A stretch of DNA of 58,096 nucleotides, from positions 1 through 58,096 of IMG/VR virus record IMGVR_UViG_3300032731_001278; one strand, 5' to 3'. Position 1 is the first letter of the stretch. Every line of letters starts with the position of its first letter. A model generated the notes under the pieces. It saw only the letters and a list, made by a program, of their open reading frames with translations. It had not been told where the DNA came from and did not search any database. The translations under genes were made by a program, and so were the position numbers. This DNA is from a virus (Duplodnaviria > Caudoviricetes). Positions 9,312 through 17,254 of this stretch are shown here, piece after piece.

Positions 9312-9895
9312 GGAAACCTCCAGCCTAGAACCGGCCGCTGGGCCTGAATACCACTCTCGCCCGACACCGTATCTTCGATGCCGTTCCGTGTCTTGTATAT
9401 GATAGCAGTCAACGCAACAGTTAGGGCGGTAAACACGATGGCGCCCGCCACGAACGCAACCGTTGAGTTCCAACGCATGACCTTGCTCATGGTGTTCAGG
9501 TCAGTTCGTAGCTTGACCACCTCGCCCTTGTAGAGGTCGACGTTTCCTTGTAGCAATTCCTTGGTGGTGGCCAGCAGCTCAAAGTTTAGCTCATATTTGG
9601 TTTGCCACTTATTGGAGGAAGCGTGCGCTCCAATCCAGTCATCGTAGTCCGAGCTGCCAATCAGCGAACCGAAGTACCACAAGCCCGGTACACACGTTTG
9701 AGCCTCGTGTGGCACGTCAGGGCAGCGGAACGCGACGGGGAAGGTTTCGTACCCATCCATGACGGGTTCAGCTTCGCTATCGCCGGGCGCAGCAAACGCA
9801 TTCGTAACGAAGGCGAAGACGATCGTTAGAACAAGCGAGATAAGAAAAACGGATACGAAGATACTTCGTTGGCGTCGTTCGCGGTAGAGATCCAT
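9308..9895 (-). CDS. Membrane protein (N-terminal signal/TM, coiled coil, C-terminal TM); spanin-like candidate
   Basis: Hydropathy pattern and position near the endolysin. Confidence 0.55.
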   Translation of the reverse strand: MDLYRERRQRSIFVSVFLISLVLTIVFAFVTNAFAAPGDSEAEPVMDGYETFPVAFRCPDVPHEAQTCVPGLWYFGSLIGSSDYDDWIGAHASSNKWQTKYELNFELLATTKELLQGNVDLYKGEVVKLRTDLNTMSKVMRWNSTVAFVAGAIVFTALTVALTAIIYKTRNGIEDTVSGESGIQAQRPVLGWRFP

Positions 9896-9896
9896 G

Positions 9897-10286
9897 CTAT
9901 TCGCCTCGTACGTGGTCGAGCAACCGCTTCTTGGCGGTAAATTGCTCGTACGGATCTTGGATTTGGTTAATGCGCGTCAGCTCGTCGCTGACGTACTCTT
10001 CTTTCACATCCGCCGCGGTGCTTGCGGCTTCTGTCTTGATCTGCGCTTCGACAAGCTTGCTTTTGGCGGCTTTGGCATATTCATCAAGCGAGCCGGTTTC
10101 ATTGCCACGGATTTCAGCCGGCTTGCGTCTAAACAACAACGCAATCAGGATGGTGACCACCACAATGACGCTCACGGGCCACCACTTGCGGATGTAAGGC
10201 CTGGTCTTCGGAATGATGAACAACACGCCTGTAGCCGCTCCCACGAGCAGTACGACAACGATTCCGGCGATGTAGATAGGATCCAT
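9897..10286 (-). CDS. Two-TM membrane protein with coiled-coil C-terminus (i-spanin/holin-like candidate)
   Basis: Two hydrophobic helices followed by an Ala/Lys/Glu helix. Confidence 0.55.
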   Translation of the reverse strand: MDPIYIAGIVVVLLVGAATGVLFIIPKTRPYIRKWWPVSVIVVVTILIALLFRRKPAEIRGNETGSLDEYAKAAKSKLVEAQIKTEAASTAADVKEEYVSDELTRINQIQDPYEQFTAKKRLLDHVRGE

Positions 10287-10299
10287 GGTTACCGTCCAG

Positions 10300-10608
10300 T
10301 TAGTTCCAACCGTGCCATGCGTCAATCAACGGACCGACTTCGATATTTTTTACAGTTCCTCTGTTTTCCAGCCAGTCACGAATTGTCTGCTGGTGTGACC
10401 GTGTCATCGTTCCTCTTCCGAGGGCCGTTATGAAGCCATTCCAGATGTTCCCGCACGCGCCACCGAATCCGATATTGTGCGACTCGACAAACTCAATGAA
10501 TTCGTCGAAAAAGAGATAGAGATCGGTCTCTTCATGCTCGAACTTCAGGTTGAAGCCGTCTTCTCGAAACTCTTTGAATCGCAGCTTTTTTCGGAGTCGC
10601 TTCTTCAT
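10300..10608 (-). CDS. yggL: YggL/DUF469 family protein
   Basis: MKKRLRKKL..EF.E.GF..D.FIE.VE...GFGG..W.GF..WLE..GPL.DAW signature. Confidence 0.75.
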   Translation of the reverse strand: MKKRLRKKLRFKEFREDGFNLKFEHEETDLYLFFDEFIEFVESHNIGFGGACGNIWNGFITALGRGTMTRSHQQTIRDWLENRGTVKNIEVGPLIDAWHGWN

Positions 10609-10610
10609 GG

Positions 10611-11342
10611 TTAGGTCAAAACCTTCCCGTACTCTTGAACAACAGGTAAGAAAATCAATAGCCACATCCACCAAATGAATCTGTCGTTGATGTCACGCCC
10701 GCGGGCGACGTTCGTACGCTGCCACGTTTCTTTCGTGACGAAAACTTCTTCGTACGAATCACCCGCGAACGCTCTAGCCCAGACTTCGAAGGGGTTGTTG
10801 TAGTAGCTATGCTTGTTCTTCATAAACAACCAAATGAACGCAATGCACAACACATACATAACTGGTTGCATGAACAACACCAGCGGAATTACTGGCCACC
10901 ACGGCATACTCCATGCCGGATTAAACCACGACAGAATCAACGGGATGGCGTAAGCTACCAGCGGCGAACTACCGAAAATGTACTGTTGAAGTGTATGGCA
11001 CTGTTCGTGGAGTATCGTCTTAGCGAACGTTTCACGTTCAACTTGACGGTCTACCCTTCGAGCCGTCACGAAAGCACCCATCGACATCGCACTCCAGAAA
11101 GCCCGCTTCTCGAGATCGCTACCTTCAACCACCTCCATCGGGATGCTGAACGTGACGATCTTGACATGTGGGTCGTCTTCGCGAAACTTTGCGAACTTCA
11201 ACTGCTTCATGAATAACATGGGCACCATGTAGAAGATGAAGACGAGAATTGTGGATGGTAAACAGTTAAGGAAACCCAGTAGACTGGGGAACCACAACGT
11301 TTTCATCGTTGGAAGATCGAATCCGGTTTTTGGTTCAGTCAT
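10611..11342 (-). CDS. Membrane-associated zincin-like protein (HExxH)
   Basis: ILHEQCHTLQQ and NPFEVWA motifs flanking TM helices. Confidence 0.6.
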   Translation of the reverse strand: MTEPKTGFDLPTMKTLWFPSLLGFLNCLPSTILVFIFYMVPMLFMKQLKFAKFREDDPHVKIVTFSIPMEVVEGSDLEKRAFWSAMSMGAFVTARRVDRQVERETFAKTILHEQCHTLQQYIFGSSPLVAYAIPLILSWFNPAWSMPWWPVIPLVLFMQPVMYVLCIAFIWLFMKNKHSYYNNPFEVWARAFAGDSYEEVFVTKETWQRTNVARGRDINDRFIWWMWLLIFLPVVQEYGKVLT

Positions 11343-11375
11343 AGCACCTCCAAAGGTGCGTGTATCATAGTCTAC

Positions 11376-11975
11376 TCAACCTTGGAATTCATCGCTGACT
11401 GGAAACGGAACTAACTGTTTATCTTCGCTCGTTTCTTCGACGACGTCAATTAGCCAAGGTCGAATGGCACCAACCCTACTGAAGTCTTCGCCGAGCCAAA
11501 CCCTGTCGTCGTGAAATACAACTTCTCGAGGCATATGTTCGAATCGGATACGGCTATCTTTGAGAAGCTGAAAATACTCGGGCTGTTCAGCCTGGTTATG
11601 TTCTCCTACGTACATTTCAGAGAAGATCACCCGCTTGATTCCAGTTGCAGCCAGGAGCTTCAGGCAATCTTTACAGGGTTGTAGGATGCAGTACGCCGTT
11701 CCGCCGTCGATAGAGACGCCCTTCCGAGCGGCATCCGCCACGGCGTTAGATTCCGCGTGGATAGTTCGAATGCAATGGTTGTCCAGCAAAAGGTGGCCAA
11801 CGTCGCTGCAATGAGGCGCGCCGGGGATGCTGCCGTTGTACCCGGTAGAAGCGACGCGATCGTTCTTATCGGTGATGATACAACCCGTACCATCGACGGT
11901 TTTCTTGCAAGTCGAACGTAACGCGGCGACGTACGCCATCCGCATGTAGTATTGAGTCCAGTTAGGTCTACTCAT
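11376..11975 (-). CDS. dCMP deaminase
   Basis: RSTC..STGYNG..HAESNA..PCKDC zinc deaminase motifs. Confidence 0.9.
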   Translation of the reverse strand: MSRPNWTQYYMRMAYVAALRSTCKKTVDGTGCIITDKNDRVASTGYNGSIPGAPHCSDVGHLLLDNHCIRTIHAESNAVADAARKGVSIDGGTAYCILQPCKDCLKLLAATGIKRVIFSEMYVGEHNQAEQPEYFQLLKDSRIRFEHMPREVVFHDDRVWLGEDFSRVGAIRPWLIDVVEETSEDKQLVPFPVSDEFQG

Positions 11976-12451
11976 GATGGTTTCCTATCTACCAATTCAG
12001 CTTCGGCTATCACGGCGTCAGCAAACGCGCGGTAGCCATCGAAGTAAGCTACCTCATCGAATTCGGTGATGTAGTACGGTCGTTCGTATTTATCGTAGGC
12101 AAGCTTGGTGACGGGCCACTCATCACCCGCAACGCTGGCGAAGAGTTTCCCTTGACGCTCATCTTGGCGAGCGTCTCCGCGACCGCGCTTCTTGACGTAC
12201 TCGTAAACTTGAGCTTCCTTCCAAGCTTTGTTCAACTTCTTGAACGCCGCTTCCATTCGCAAAGCTGCGGATCGACTATCCACGCTTTCATACATTACGA
12301 GGTCGAAGGGTTTGTGACTGTGAACGTACTTGGAACCTTTGGGTGGTCCATCGTCGTGAGCGTTTAACCGTTTCCCCAAGTCATTGGTTACGCCGCAGTA
12401 AAGCGAATTCCCCTTGGAACATCTCAACACGTATACGAACCACGTTTTCAT
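11972..12451 (-). CDS. GIY-YIG nuclease (YhbQ/UPF0213-like N-terminus)
   Basis: FVYVLRC..SLYCGVTND..R..H..SKY..ALRME..FKKL; start at MKTWF after GGAGG. Confidence 0.85.
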   Translation of the reverse strand: MKTWFVYVLRCSKGNSLYCGVTNDLGKRLNAHDDGPPKGSKYVHSHKPFDLVMYESVDSRSAALRMEAAFKKLNKAWKEAQVYEYVKKRGRGDARQDERQGKLFASVAGDEWPVTKLAYDKYERPYYITEFDEVAYFDGYRAFADAVIAEAELVDRKPS

Positions 12452-12720
12452 GGGGTACCTTCCTCCAGCCGTTTTCCAACCAACTTCTTGACGAGTTTTG
12501 TGCTGGAGTTGACGCACACGTTGCAGATACCGACGAGGGTGTGACGCGCATTTCCGCGAAGTTCCAGGACGTTCTCGGCTCGTCTACCGCAGTTCCAGCA
12601 CTTCAGCTCTGGGTCGTCGTTGAACAGCAACGGGAAGGTGGCGATTCGTGCGTTAGCCCTGGGGTGTAGGTTATAACCACCGCATGAAGGGAATAGGGAA
12701 CCGGTTGTGGGTTTAGGCAT
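12448..12720 (-). CDS. Small Cys-rich hypothetical protein
   Basis: CWNC/CNVC pairs; overlaps its neighbours. Confidence 0.55.
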   Translation of the reverse strand: MPKPTTGSLFPSCGGYNLHPRANARIATFPLLFNDDPELKCWNCGRRAENVLELRGNARHTLVGICNVCVNSSTKLVKKLVGKRLEEGTP

Positions 12721-12955
12721 TGACTCGTTCTTTCACGGCCTTGTTGAGGGCCTTCAGTCCGGTCACGCAGCTGTCAGCGGCCTTTACGATAGCCTGACCC
12801 ATCTCGGTGTGGTGTGGCGTGAATTGCATATGTAAGATTGCGTTGCTGCCCGCGACGTATTTGACGTGACACCGGCAAGCCGGACATCTAGCCGGCAACT
12901 TGCGGGTTAACTTCAGGCCACACATACACTTGAAAGATATGGGTTCGTTTTTCAT
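12713..12955 (-). CDS. Small zinc-ribbon hypothetical protein
   Basis: CMCG..CPAC; ATGA overlap. Confidence 0.55.
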   Translation of the reverse strand: MKNEPISFKCMCGLKLTRKLPARCPACRCHVKYVAGSNAILHMQFTPHHTEMGQAIVKAADSCVTGLKALNKAVKERVNA

Positions 12956-13314
12956 GACGGGTCCTCATCTACCAAAATTAACTTGGGGTTTGCCCGTAGG
13001 ATTTCGTCACACTTGGCCTTGGCTTCGTCGAGGGTGAGTGCCTCACCCTCGACCTTGGTTTTTTCGCGCCCTACACGCCACTTCCAGCGGTCGCCGTTCT
13101 TCCCAGCTGAGCACTTATCGAAACCGTCTCCATATATCCGTGAGCTAAATACGGTGATTTCGTCTGGGCACGGCCTGGGGCAGGTTTCTATTTCACAGTC
13201 GTCGTAGCAATCCGCGACGTCATACCACCGGCTGACAATCGTTAGGTCGTTGAACAGCCTTTCAGCATCCTTCGGGTTGGCACGCAGGTGCGCTTTGATG
13301 TCGTCGAGATTCAT
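12952..13314 (-). CDS. Hypothetical protein
   Basis: 120-aa ORF with ATGA overlaps on both sides. Confidence 0.6.
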   Translation of the reverse strand: MNLDDIKAHLRANPKDAERLFNDLTIVSRWYDVADCYDDCEIETCPRPCPDEITVFSSRIYGDGFDKCSAGKNGDRWKWRVGREKTKVEGEALTLDEAKAKCDEILRANPKLILVDEDPS

Positions 13315-13625
13315 GGTAGCTGTCCATACTTACGTTGTTCCTCGATCCACGAGATCCATTTCTCGCCGCCGAGTTCAGCCGCTGTGAAGATGACGTCACC
13401 ATACCATGGGATGAAATACGGCACCTCATGTCCAGGTCCGTATGGACTACCGTACTCAACCCCGCGGGTCCAACCGACATGCTCGCGGACGTCACCGTTT
13501 TTCAGAACGCAAACGATCTCGTTCCTGAACCTTTCGGCGATGTACAGTAGGTTGTGGTCGTGTTGAAGGAAGTACTCGAACAAAAGCTCGTTCTTCACCA
13601 AAAACCAGATGTTGTCGTTGATCAT
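13311..13625 (-). CDS. Hypothetical protein
   Basis: 104-aa ORF with ATGA overlaps. Confidence 0.55.
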   Translation of the reverse strand: MINDNIWFLVKNELLFEYFLQHDHNLLYIAERFRNEIVCVLKNGDVREHVGWTRGVEYGSPYGPGHEVPYFIPWYGDVIFTAAELGGEKWISWIEEQRKYGQLP

Positions 13626-13768
13626 GCCAACCTCGCTGTTATCACCATGCCGTCACGGAACTGAATGACCGTCGTGTTGTCACTGTTTCGTCGAACCACC
13701 TTGTAGTGCGAGTACCGTCGGTTGTTGATGACGAAAGCTTGGTGAGGATGTAGGCGTTTCCAGATCAC
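13622..13768 (-). CDS. Small hypothetical protein (48 aa, below the ORF-track cutoff)
   Basis: GTG ATC TGG AAA...GCA TGA fills the gap, with GTGA and ATGA overlaps at its ends. Confidence 0.45.
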   Translation of the reverse strand: MIWKRLHPHQAFVINNRRYSHYKVVRRNSDNTTVIQFRDGMVITARLA

Positions 13769-13971
13769 CGATTCTTCCGCCGTGAAGCTTGCTGTTGCTT
13801 TCGCCTGTTTTGTTTCTTGACCTTCGCCCGCACGCGGTTTGGTTTCGTACGAAAAACGCGAACTTCACGAACGTCGGGGTCATCCAATAACTCAGCCATA
13901 CGCTTAGATTCAAATGGTTCAGTTGCGCCAGCTTCGATAGAACCGTCCGGCATTTCACGCATCGGTTGCAT
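13765..13971 (-). CDS. Small protein with basic C-terminal tail
   Basis: MQPMREMPDG...RRKQQQASRRKNR. Confidence 0.55.
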   Translation of the reverse strand: MQPMREMPDGSIEAGATEPFESKRMAELLDDPDVREVRVFRTKPNRVRAKVKKQNRRKQQQASRRKNR

Positions 13972-13973
13972 AG

Positions 13974-14222
13974 CTACTTTTTCTCGCAAGCGATGGAGGC
14001 ATTGGAAGTCATCACACAAATTCGCAGCTGCCGAAGTGCTGCGTCTTGGTCAAAGCCAGCCGGCGTCATTCGCACAATTACTTCGGCGAAGACCTTTGCG
14101 GCGTTTCAGATCTCCTTGTACTTAGGGAGTTGATCTGGCGTCGGCGAGTGGTAGGTAAACCAGTTCTCGACTTTGCGCATGGTTTCTTCACTGATATCGG
14201 GGTCTGTATTGTGGTCGCTCAT
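13974..14222 (-). pseudogene. Acb2/Tad1-like helical-hairpin gene interrupted by an in-frame TGA (14106-14108)
   Basis: ENWFTYHSPTPDQLPKYKEI*NAAKVFAEVIVRMTPAGFDQDAALRQLRICVMTSNASIACEKK*; the family pattern continues across the stop; GAAAGG RBS before ATG 14222. Confidence 0.65.
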
Positions 14223-14456
14223 GATTCGAACCTTTCTTTCTGGACATGTGTCGTACGGATCTTCCAGCGCGAGAATTTCAAGATTAAACTCGCCAGCCAT
14301 CACGGATTTAGCCCACTTCATAACGATTGTGAAATCACCACCGCACGCGTAGTTGTCCCACGGTCCGTGATGGCCGCCGTTGTAATTTGAACAGCTGCCG
14401 CAATGGGATAGCATCGCTTCGGCACGTCTTTGCTTGATTGGGTCTTGGTTTGTCAT
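14106..14456 (-). CDS. Cys/His-rich hypothetical protein in frame with the Acb2/Tad1-like segment; probably leaderless
   Basis: TATAAT 6 nt before ATG 14456; the ORF-track start at 14498 lies inside the dyad repeat. Confidence 0.5.
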   Translation of the reverse strand: MTNQDPIKQRRAEAMLSHCGSCSNYNGGHHGPWDNYACGGDFTIVMKWAKSVMAGEFNLEILALEDPYDTCPERKVRIMSDHNTDPDISEETMRKVENWFTYHSPTPDQLPKYKEI

Positions 14457-14487
14457 GATGGAATTATAGCGGTTGGGAAGTTTTTCA

Positions 14488-14510
14488 AAAGTTTGCAACT
14501 CGCAAACTTT
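14488..14510. repeat. Dyad repeat copy 3 (spacer AACTC)
   Basis: Read directly. Confidence 0.95.
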
Positions 14511-14527
14511 TTGGTTTTTGATATTTT

Positions 14528-14818
14528 TCAGCTAGGCATCTTGACGCTACGTACGCTAGCCCAGTCGTTGTGATGAATCACGTCAAGAAGTACTTTACAC
14601 CCAATGGCGTCAGCTACGGTTTCAGCGTTCATGCACGACATCATGATGGAACGGGCTTTTTCGCTCGCCCCGGTATGGTGCGTTACTCGGTGGTCGTCTT
14701 CGGTGTCGAACACCCAGATTAGAGACGGTTGCGGATTGATTTCGAAATCCACGCATACGAAAGTTCCGCGGTATTCACCCACCGGTAGATTCACGGCGTA
14801 GTCAGTGTGTTGACGCAT
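14528..14818 (-). CDS. Hypothetical protein
   Basis: MRQHTD start 4 nt after the preceding stop. Confidence 0.55.
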   Translation of the reverse strand: MRQHTDYAVNLPVGEYRGTFVCVDFEINPQPSLIWVFDTEDDHRVTHHTGASEKARSIMMSCMNAETVADAIGCKVLLDVIHHNDWASVRSVKMPS

Positions 14819-14822
14819 GGCT

Positions 14823-15110
14823 TTAACCCAGCGACTTGAAGGCGGGGCGACCCTGTTCATCCATGCCGATCTGGATACCAGGCACGAAACACAAGGCTTC
14901 GGCCACCTGATCACCCTGTTGGGTGGTTACCTGTACGACGCAACCGCCGGGTACCTCGCACGCCTTGGTAGATTTCATCCAGCCCTGTTCGGCGTGGCTC
15001 GCTTTACTCATCAGCTGAAATAAATCGGGGTCGCCGGTCACCTTGACCGCGGGGATCTTGTCCTTGAAATCCTTACTGCTCGTTACGTCTAGGGTTTTTG
15101 ATTCAGTCAT
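14823..15110 (-). CDS. Conserved small phage protein
   Basis: KASxxxxGWMKSTKAxEVPGGCVVQVTTQQGDQVAEALCFVPG motif; AAGGA RBS. Confidence 0.7.
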   Translation of the reverse strand: MTESKTLDVTSSKDFKDKIPAVKVTGDPDLFQLMSKASHAEQGWMKSTKACEVPGGCVVQVTTQQGDQVAEALCFVPGIQIGMDEQGRPAFKSLG

Positions 15111-15148
15111 GTTTCAATCCTTTTTGCTCACGTTTTGAGCAATTTTGA

Positions 15149-15171
15149 AAAGTTTGCACCGTGCAAACTTT
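15149..15171. repeat. Dyad repeat copy 4 (spacer ACCGT)
   Basis: 7 nt downstream of the tRNA CCA end. Confidence 0.95.
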
Positions 15172-15178
15172 TTGGTTT

Positions 15179-15265
15179 TGGTGGGAGAGGAGGGGCTCGA
15201 ACCCTCAATCTCATCGAGCGCGAGTTCTTAAAACTCGAGTGTATCTCCAGTTCCACCACTCTCCC
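15179..15265 (-). tRNA. tRNA-Leu(UAA)
   Basis: GGGAGAG/CTCTCCC acceptor stem + ACCA; anticodon arm CGAGT-TTTAAGA-ACTCG; long variable arm; T-arm GAGGG-TTCGAGC-CCCTC. Confidence 0.92.
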
Positions 15266-15292
15266 TGTTATCAATCATCTAATTCTGTATGT

Positions 15293-15320
15293 ATCGTACC
15301 ATGAGGGCTAAATAAGTCAA
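15293..15320 (-). promoter_or_regulatory. Sigma70-type promoter of the tRNA
   Basis: TTGACT-16nt-TACGAT with TG extension. Confidence 0.6.
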
Positions 15321-15341
15321 GCAGTTAACTGAGCGGTAACG

Positions 15342-15560
15342 TTAGCTTTCCCACCGAGAAACACCACGCCCGATATTGTCGATTGCGGTCTTCATCGGAT
15401 CCGTGATGTGCTCGTTGGTTTCGACCCAAGCCGCCATGCTGCCGACCTTGTCCTGGACGCCGCTTGCAAAGCTCTCGGCTCGTTCGGGCAAGTCTTCGAT
15501 TCGACCGACGAGATCATTTATGTCTTCGAGCCACGTTTCCCAGCCACATTGTGTGCACAT
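15342..15560 (-). CDS. Hypothetical protein
   Basis: AAGGAG RBS; 72 aa. Confidence 0.6.
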   Translation of the reverse strand: MCTQCGWETWLEDINDLVGRIEDLPERAESFASGVQDKVGSMAAWVETNEHITDPMKTAIDNIGRGVSRWES

Positions 15561-15562
15561 GA

Positions 15563-15847
15563 TTACATCTCCTTCAGTTTTTGCGCAACGAGTCGCGCCG
15601 CATAGCCTACCAAATCAATGATAGCTTCTTTGCCGTCCTTACGGTCGGCTAGACACTCCTTACCGTCCCAAACCGAAGTTGCCATACCTGAGCGGGTATG
15701 TAGACCGAAGCGGTAAGCGCGACCGCCATGCAAAACGGAACCGGTAACGTACTCCGAACCCCGCTCTTTGTAGTACGCCAGCGGGTGTTCCATCTGCACA
15801 AGAATCTCGTCGGGCTCGCCGATGAATACGGTTGGTTCATCAACCAT
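15563..15847 (-). CDS. Hypothetical protein
   Basis: 94-aa ORF overlapping its neighbour. Confidence 0.55.
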   Translation of the reverse strand: MVDEPTVFIGEPDEILVQMEHPLAYYKERGSEYVTGSVLHGGRAYRFGLHTRSGMATSVWDGKECLADRKDGKEAIIDLVGYAARLVAQKLKEM

Positions 15848-16097
15848 TGTCGGCTGCCTGACTAGCTTCCACCGTCTTCTCAGCTTCGCTCAGCCAACCG
15901 ACGATTTCCGCCTCGAGTTCGTCGCGCTTCGCCTTGGCTTCCTGCGGCTTGACGCCGATCTTCTCGAAGCCAGCAAGGATTCGCCCCTTCTCCTTGTCCA
16001 ACTCTTCGAGCTTACCCTTGATGCGGGACTCGCGATCTTTGGCGTTGGCAATTTCCTGGTCGATGGCATTCAGTCGTTCTTCGATGGTATCGGTCAT
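15840..16097 (-). CDS. Small coiled-coil protein (possible SbcC middle fragment)
   Basis: Heptad-rich; ATGA-coupled to the SbcD-like gene. Confidence 0.65.
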   Translation of the reverse strand: MTDTIEERLNAIDQEIANAKDRESRIKGKLEELDKEKGRILAGFEKIGVKPQEAKAKRDELEAEIVGWLSEAEKTVEASQAADNG

Positions 16098-17254
16098 CTC
16101 GCTCCTTCAGCGATGAAACGATCGAGCCGTTCCAAGGCGTTATCTCGGATTTTTGCCGGTGCTTTTTGCTCTTGTGCGATTTCAACCACGCGTTCGCGAA
16201 CGTCCACCTTATCGGTGGTGACAGTCGTCAACTCTTGCATGAACGAGTTGAGTTCTTTCTCTTTTTCCTTGGCGACTTTCGACGCTTTCAGATCGAAAAC
16301 TTCTTCGACAGGTTTCATACACGTGATGGGTAGGAATTCCACGTCGAGATTGTATCGAACCAAGACAACGCGTACCTGGCGCATGCAATCGGAATCGGAT
16401 ACGGTTCGCCTAGCAAACGCACCCGGATTCACGAACCGTCGCAAGTCCATTCGTTCGTAAACATCCTCCCAGCCGGGGTGGTAGTCGCCAGAAAGAATGA
16501 GCTGCGCCTGCGTCTTGTAGTCATCCGGATCGATCTGGCGAGCGTTGGGATGCATTCCACCCGGAACGACCATAGCGTGAACCACTTCGATCAACTTCTT
16601 GGCGATCTTTTTGTGGTCGTACTCGCCGGTTGACTTTCCTTCTGGATCGAAGAGTTCGTCGTCTTGGTAGAACAACTCTGAAGAACTCGTGCTGTGTTCG
16701 CGATCCGCCAGCTCTTCCTCAATGCCGGTGTTGAAGTGAACGCCCCAAATACACACGTCGCCGACGTAGATTTTATCGAGCTGATGGATGACATTGGAGC
16801 GTCGGAAAACGTGGCCCAACCACGAGCTATCCAACGTCTTGAGCTGGTTACCAAACACGTCGTGATTCCCGACGGTGACGTAGATCGGTACGCCCCACGA
16901 TTCCAGCTCGTCCAGGACGCGGTCGCCCATCTCGAGACTGACCATCGGCCCTTCGGTGAGGTCGCCACCAATGACGACCAAAGGAACCTTGTGGCGTTTG
17001 ATCAGTTTCCCAACTTCTTGAAGCTTCAGTAACAGGTCGCCGACGAAATCGCCGATACGATACCTGGAACTTTCTTTCGAAAAGTGCAGGTCCGTCAGGT
17101 ACAGGAGGAGAGGGTCAGCGTCGTCGTGTCCTGCCGACACCTTGGGCACCGGGCGGCTTGTTGCAGCGCCTTTAGCAGGCTTTCCTCGGCGTCCGCCACC
17201 TCTTGGCTCGTCTTCGACAAACGTGACTTTTCGTCCGCCTCGTTTTGCTGCCAT
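16094..17254 (-). CDS. sbcD: SbcD/Mre11-like metallophosphoesterase nuclease
   Basis: TDLH, GGDL, GNHD, VH, SGDYH, NPGAFAR motifs. Start 17254 is uncertain because it implies a 160-nt overlap with the SbcC N-half. Confidence 0.85.
   Translation of the reverse strand: MAAKRGGRKVTFVEDEPRGGGRRGKPAKGAATSRPVPKVSAGHDDADPLLLYLTDLHFSKESSRYRIGDFVGDLLLKLQEVGKLIKRHKVPLVVIGGDLTEGPMVSLEMGDRVLDELESWGVPIYVTVGNHDVFGNQLKTLDSSWLGHVFRRSNVIHQLDKIYVGDVCIWGVHFNTGIEEELADREHSTSSSELFYQDDELFDPEGKSTGEYDHKKIAKKLIEVVHAMVVPGGMHPNARQIDPDDYKTQAQLILSGDYHPGWEDVYERMDLRRFVNPGAFARRTVSDSDCMRQVRVVLVRYNLDVEFLPITCMKPVEEVFDLKASKVAKEKEKELNSFMQELTTVTTDKVDVRERVVEIAQEQKAPAKIRDNALERLDRFIAEGAR

Noticed and set aside
14106-14108. Genome-wide TGA recoding (alternative genetic code)
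   Set aside because: Many clear genes end in TGA with ATGA/GTGA coupling, and coding density is already high under code 11.
14457-14498. ORF starts reading MQTFEKL or MRLANFS (also at 26054 and 56155)
   Set aside because: These TTG starts come from the dyad repeat itself; better starts with an RBS or -10 lie downstream, or the ORF is a shadow.
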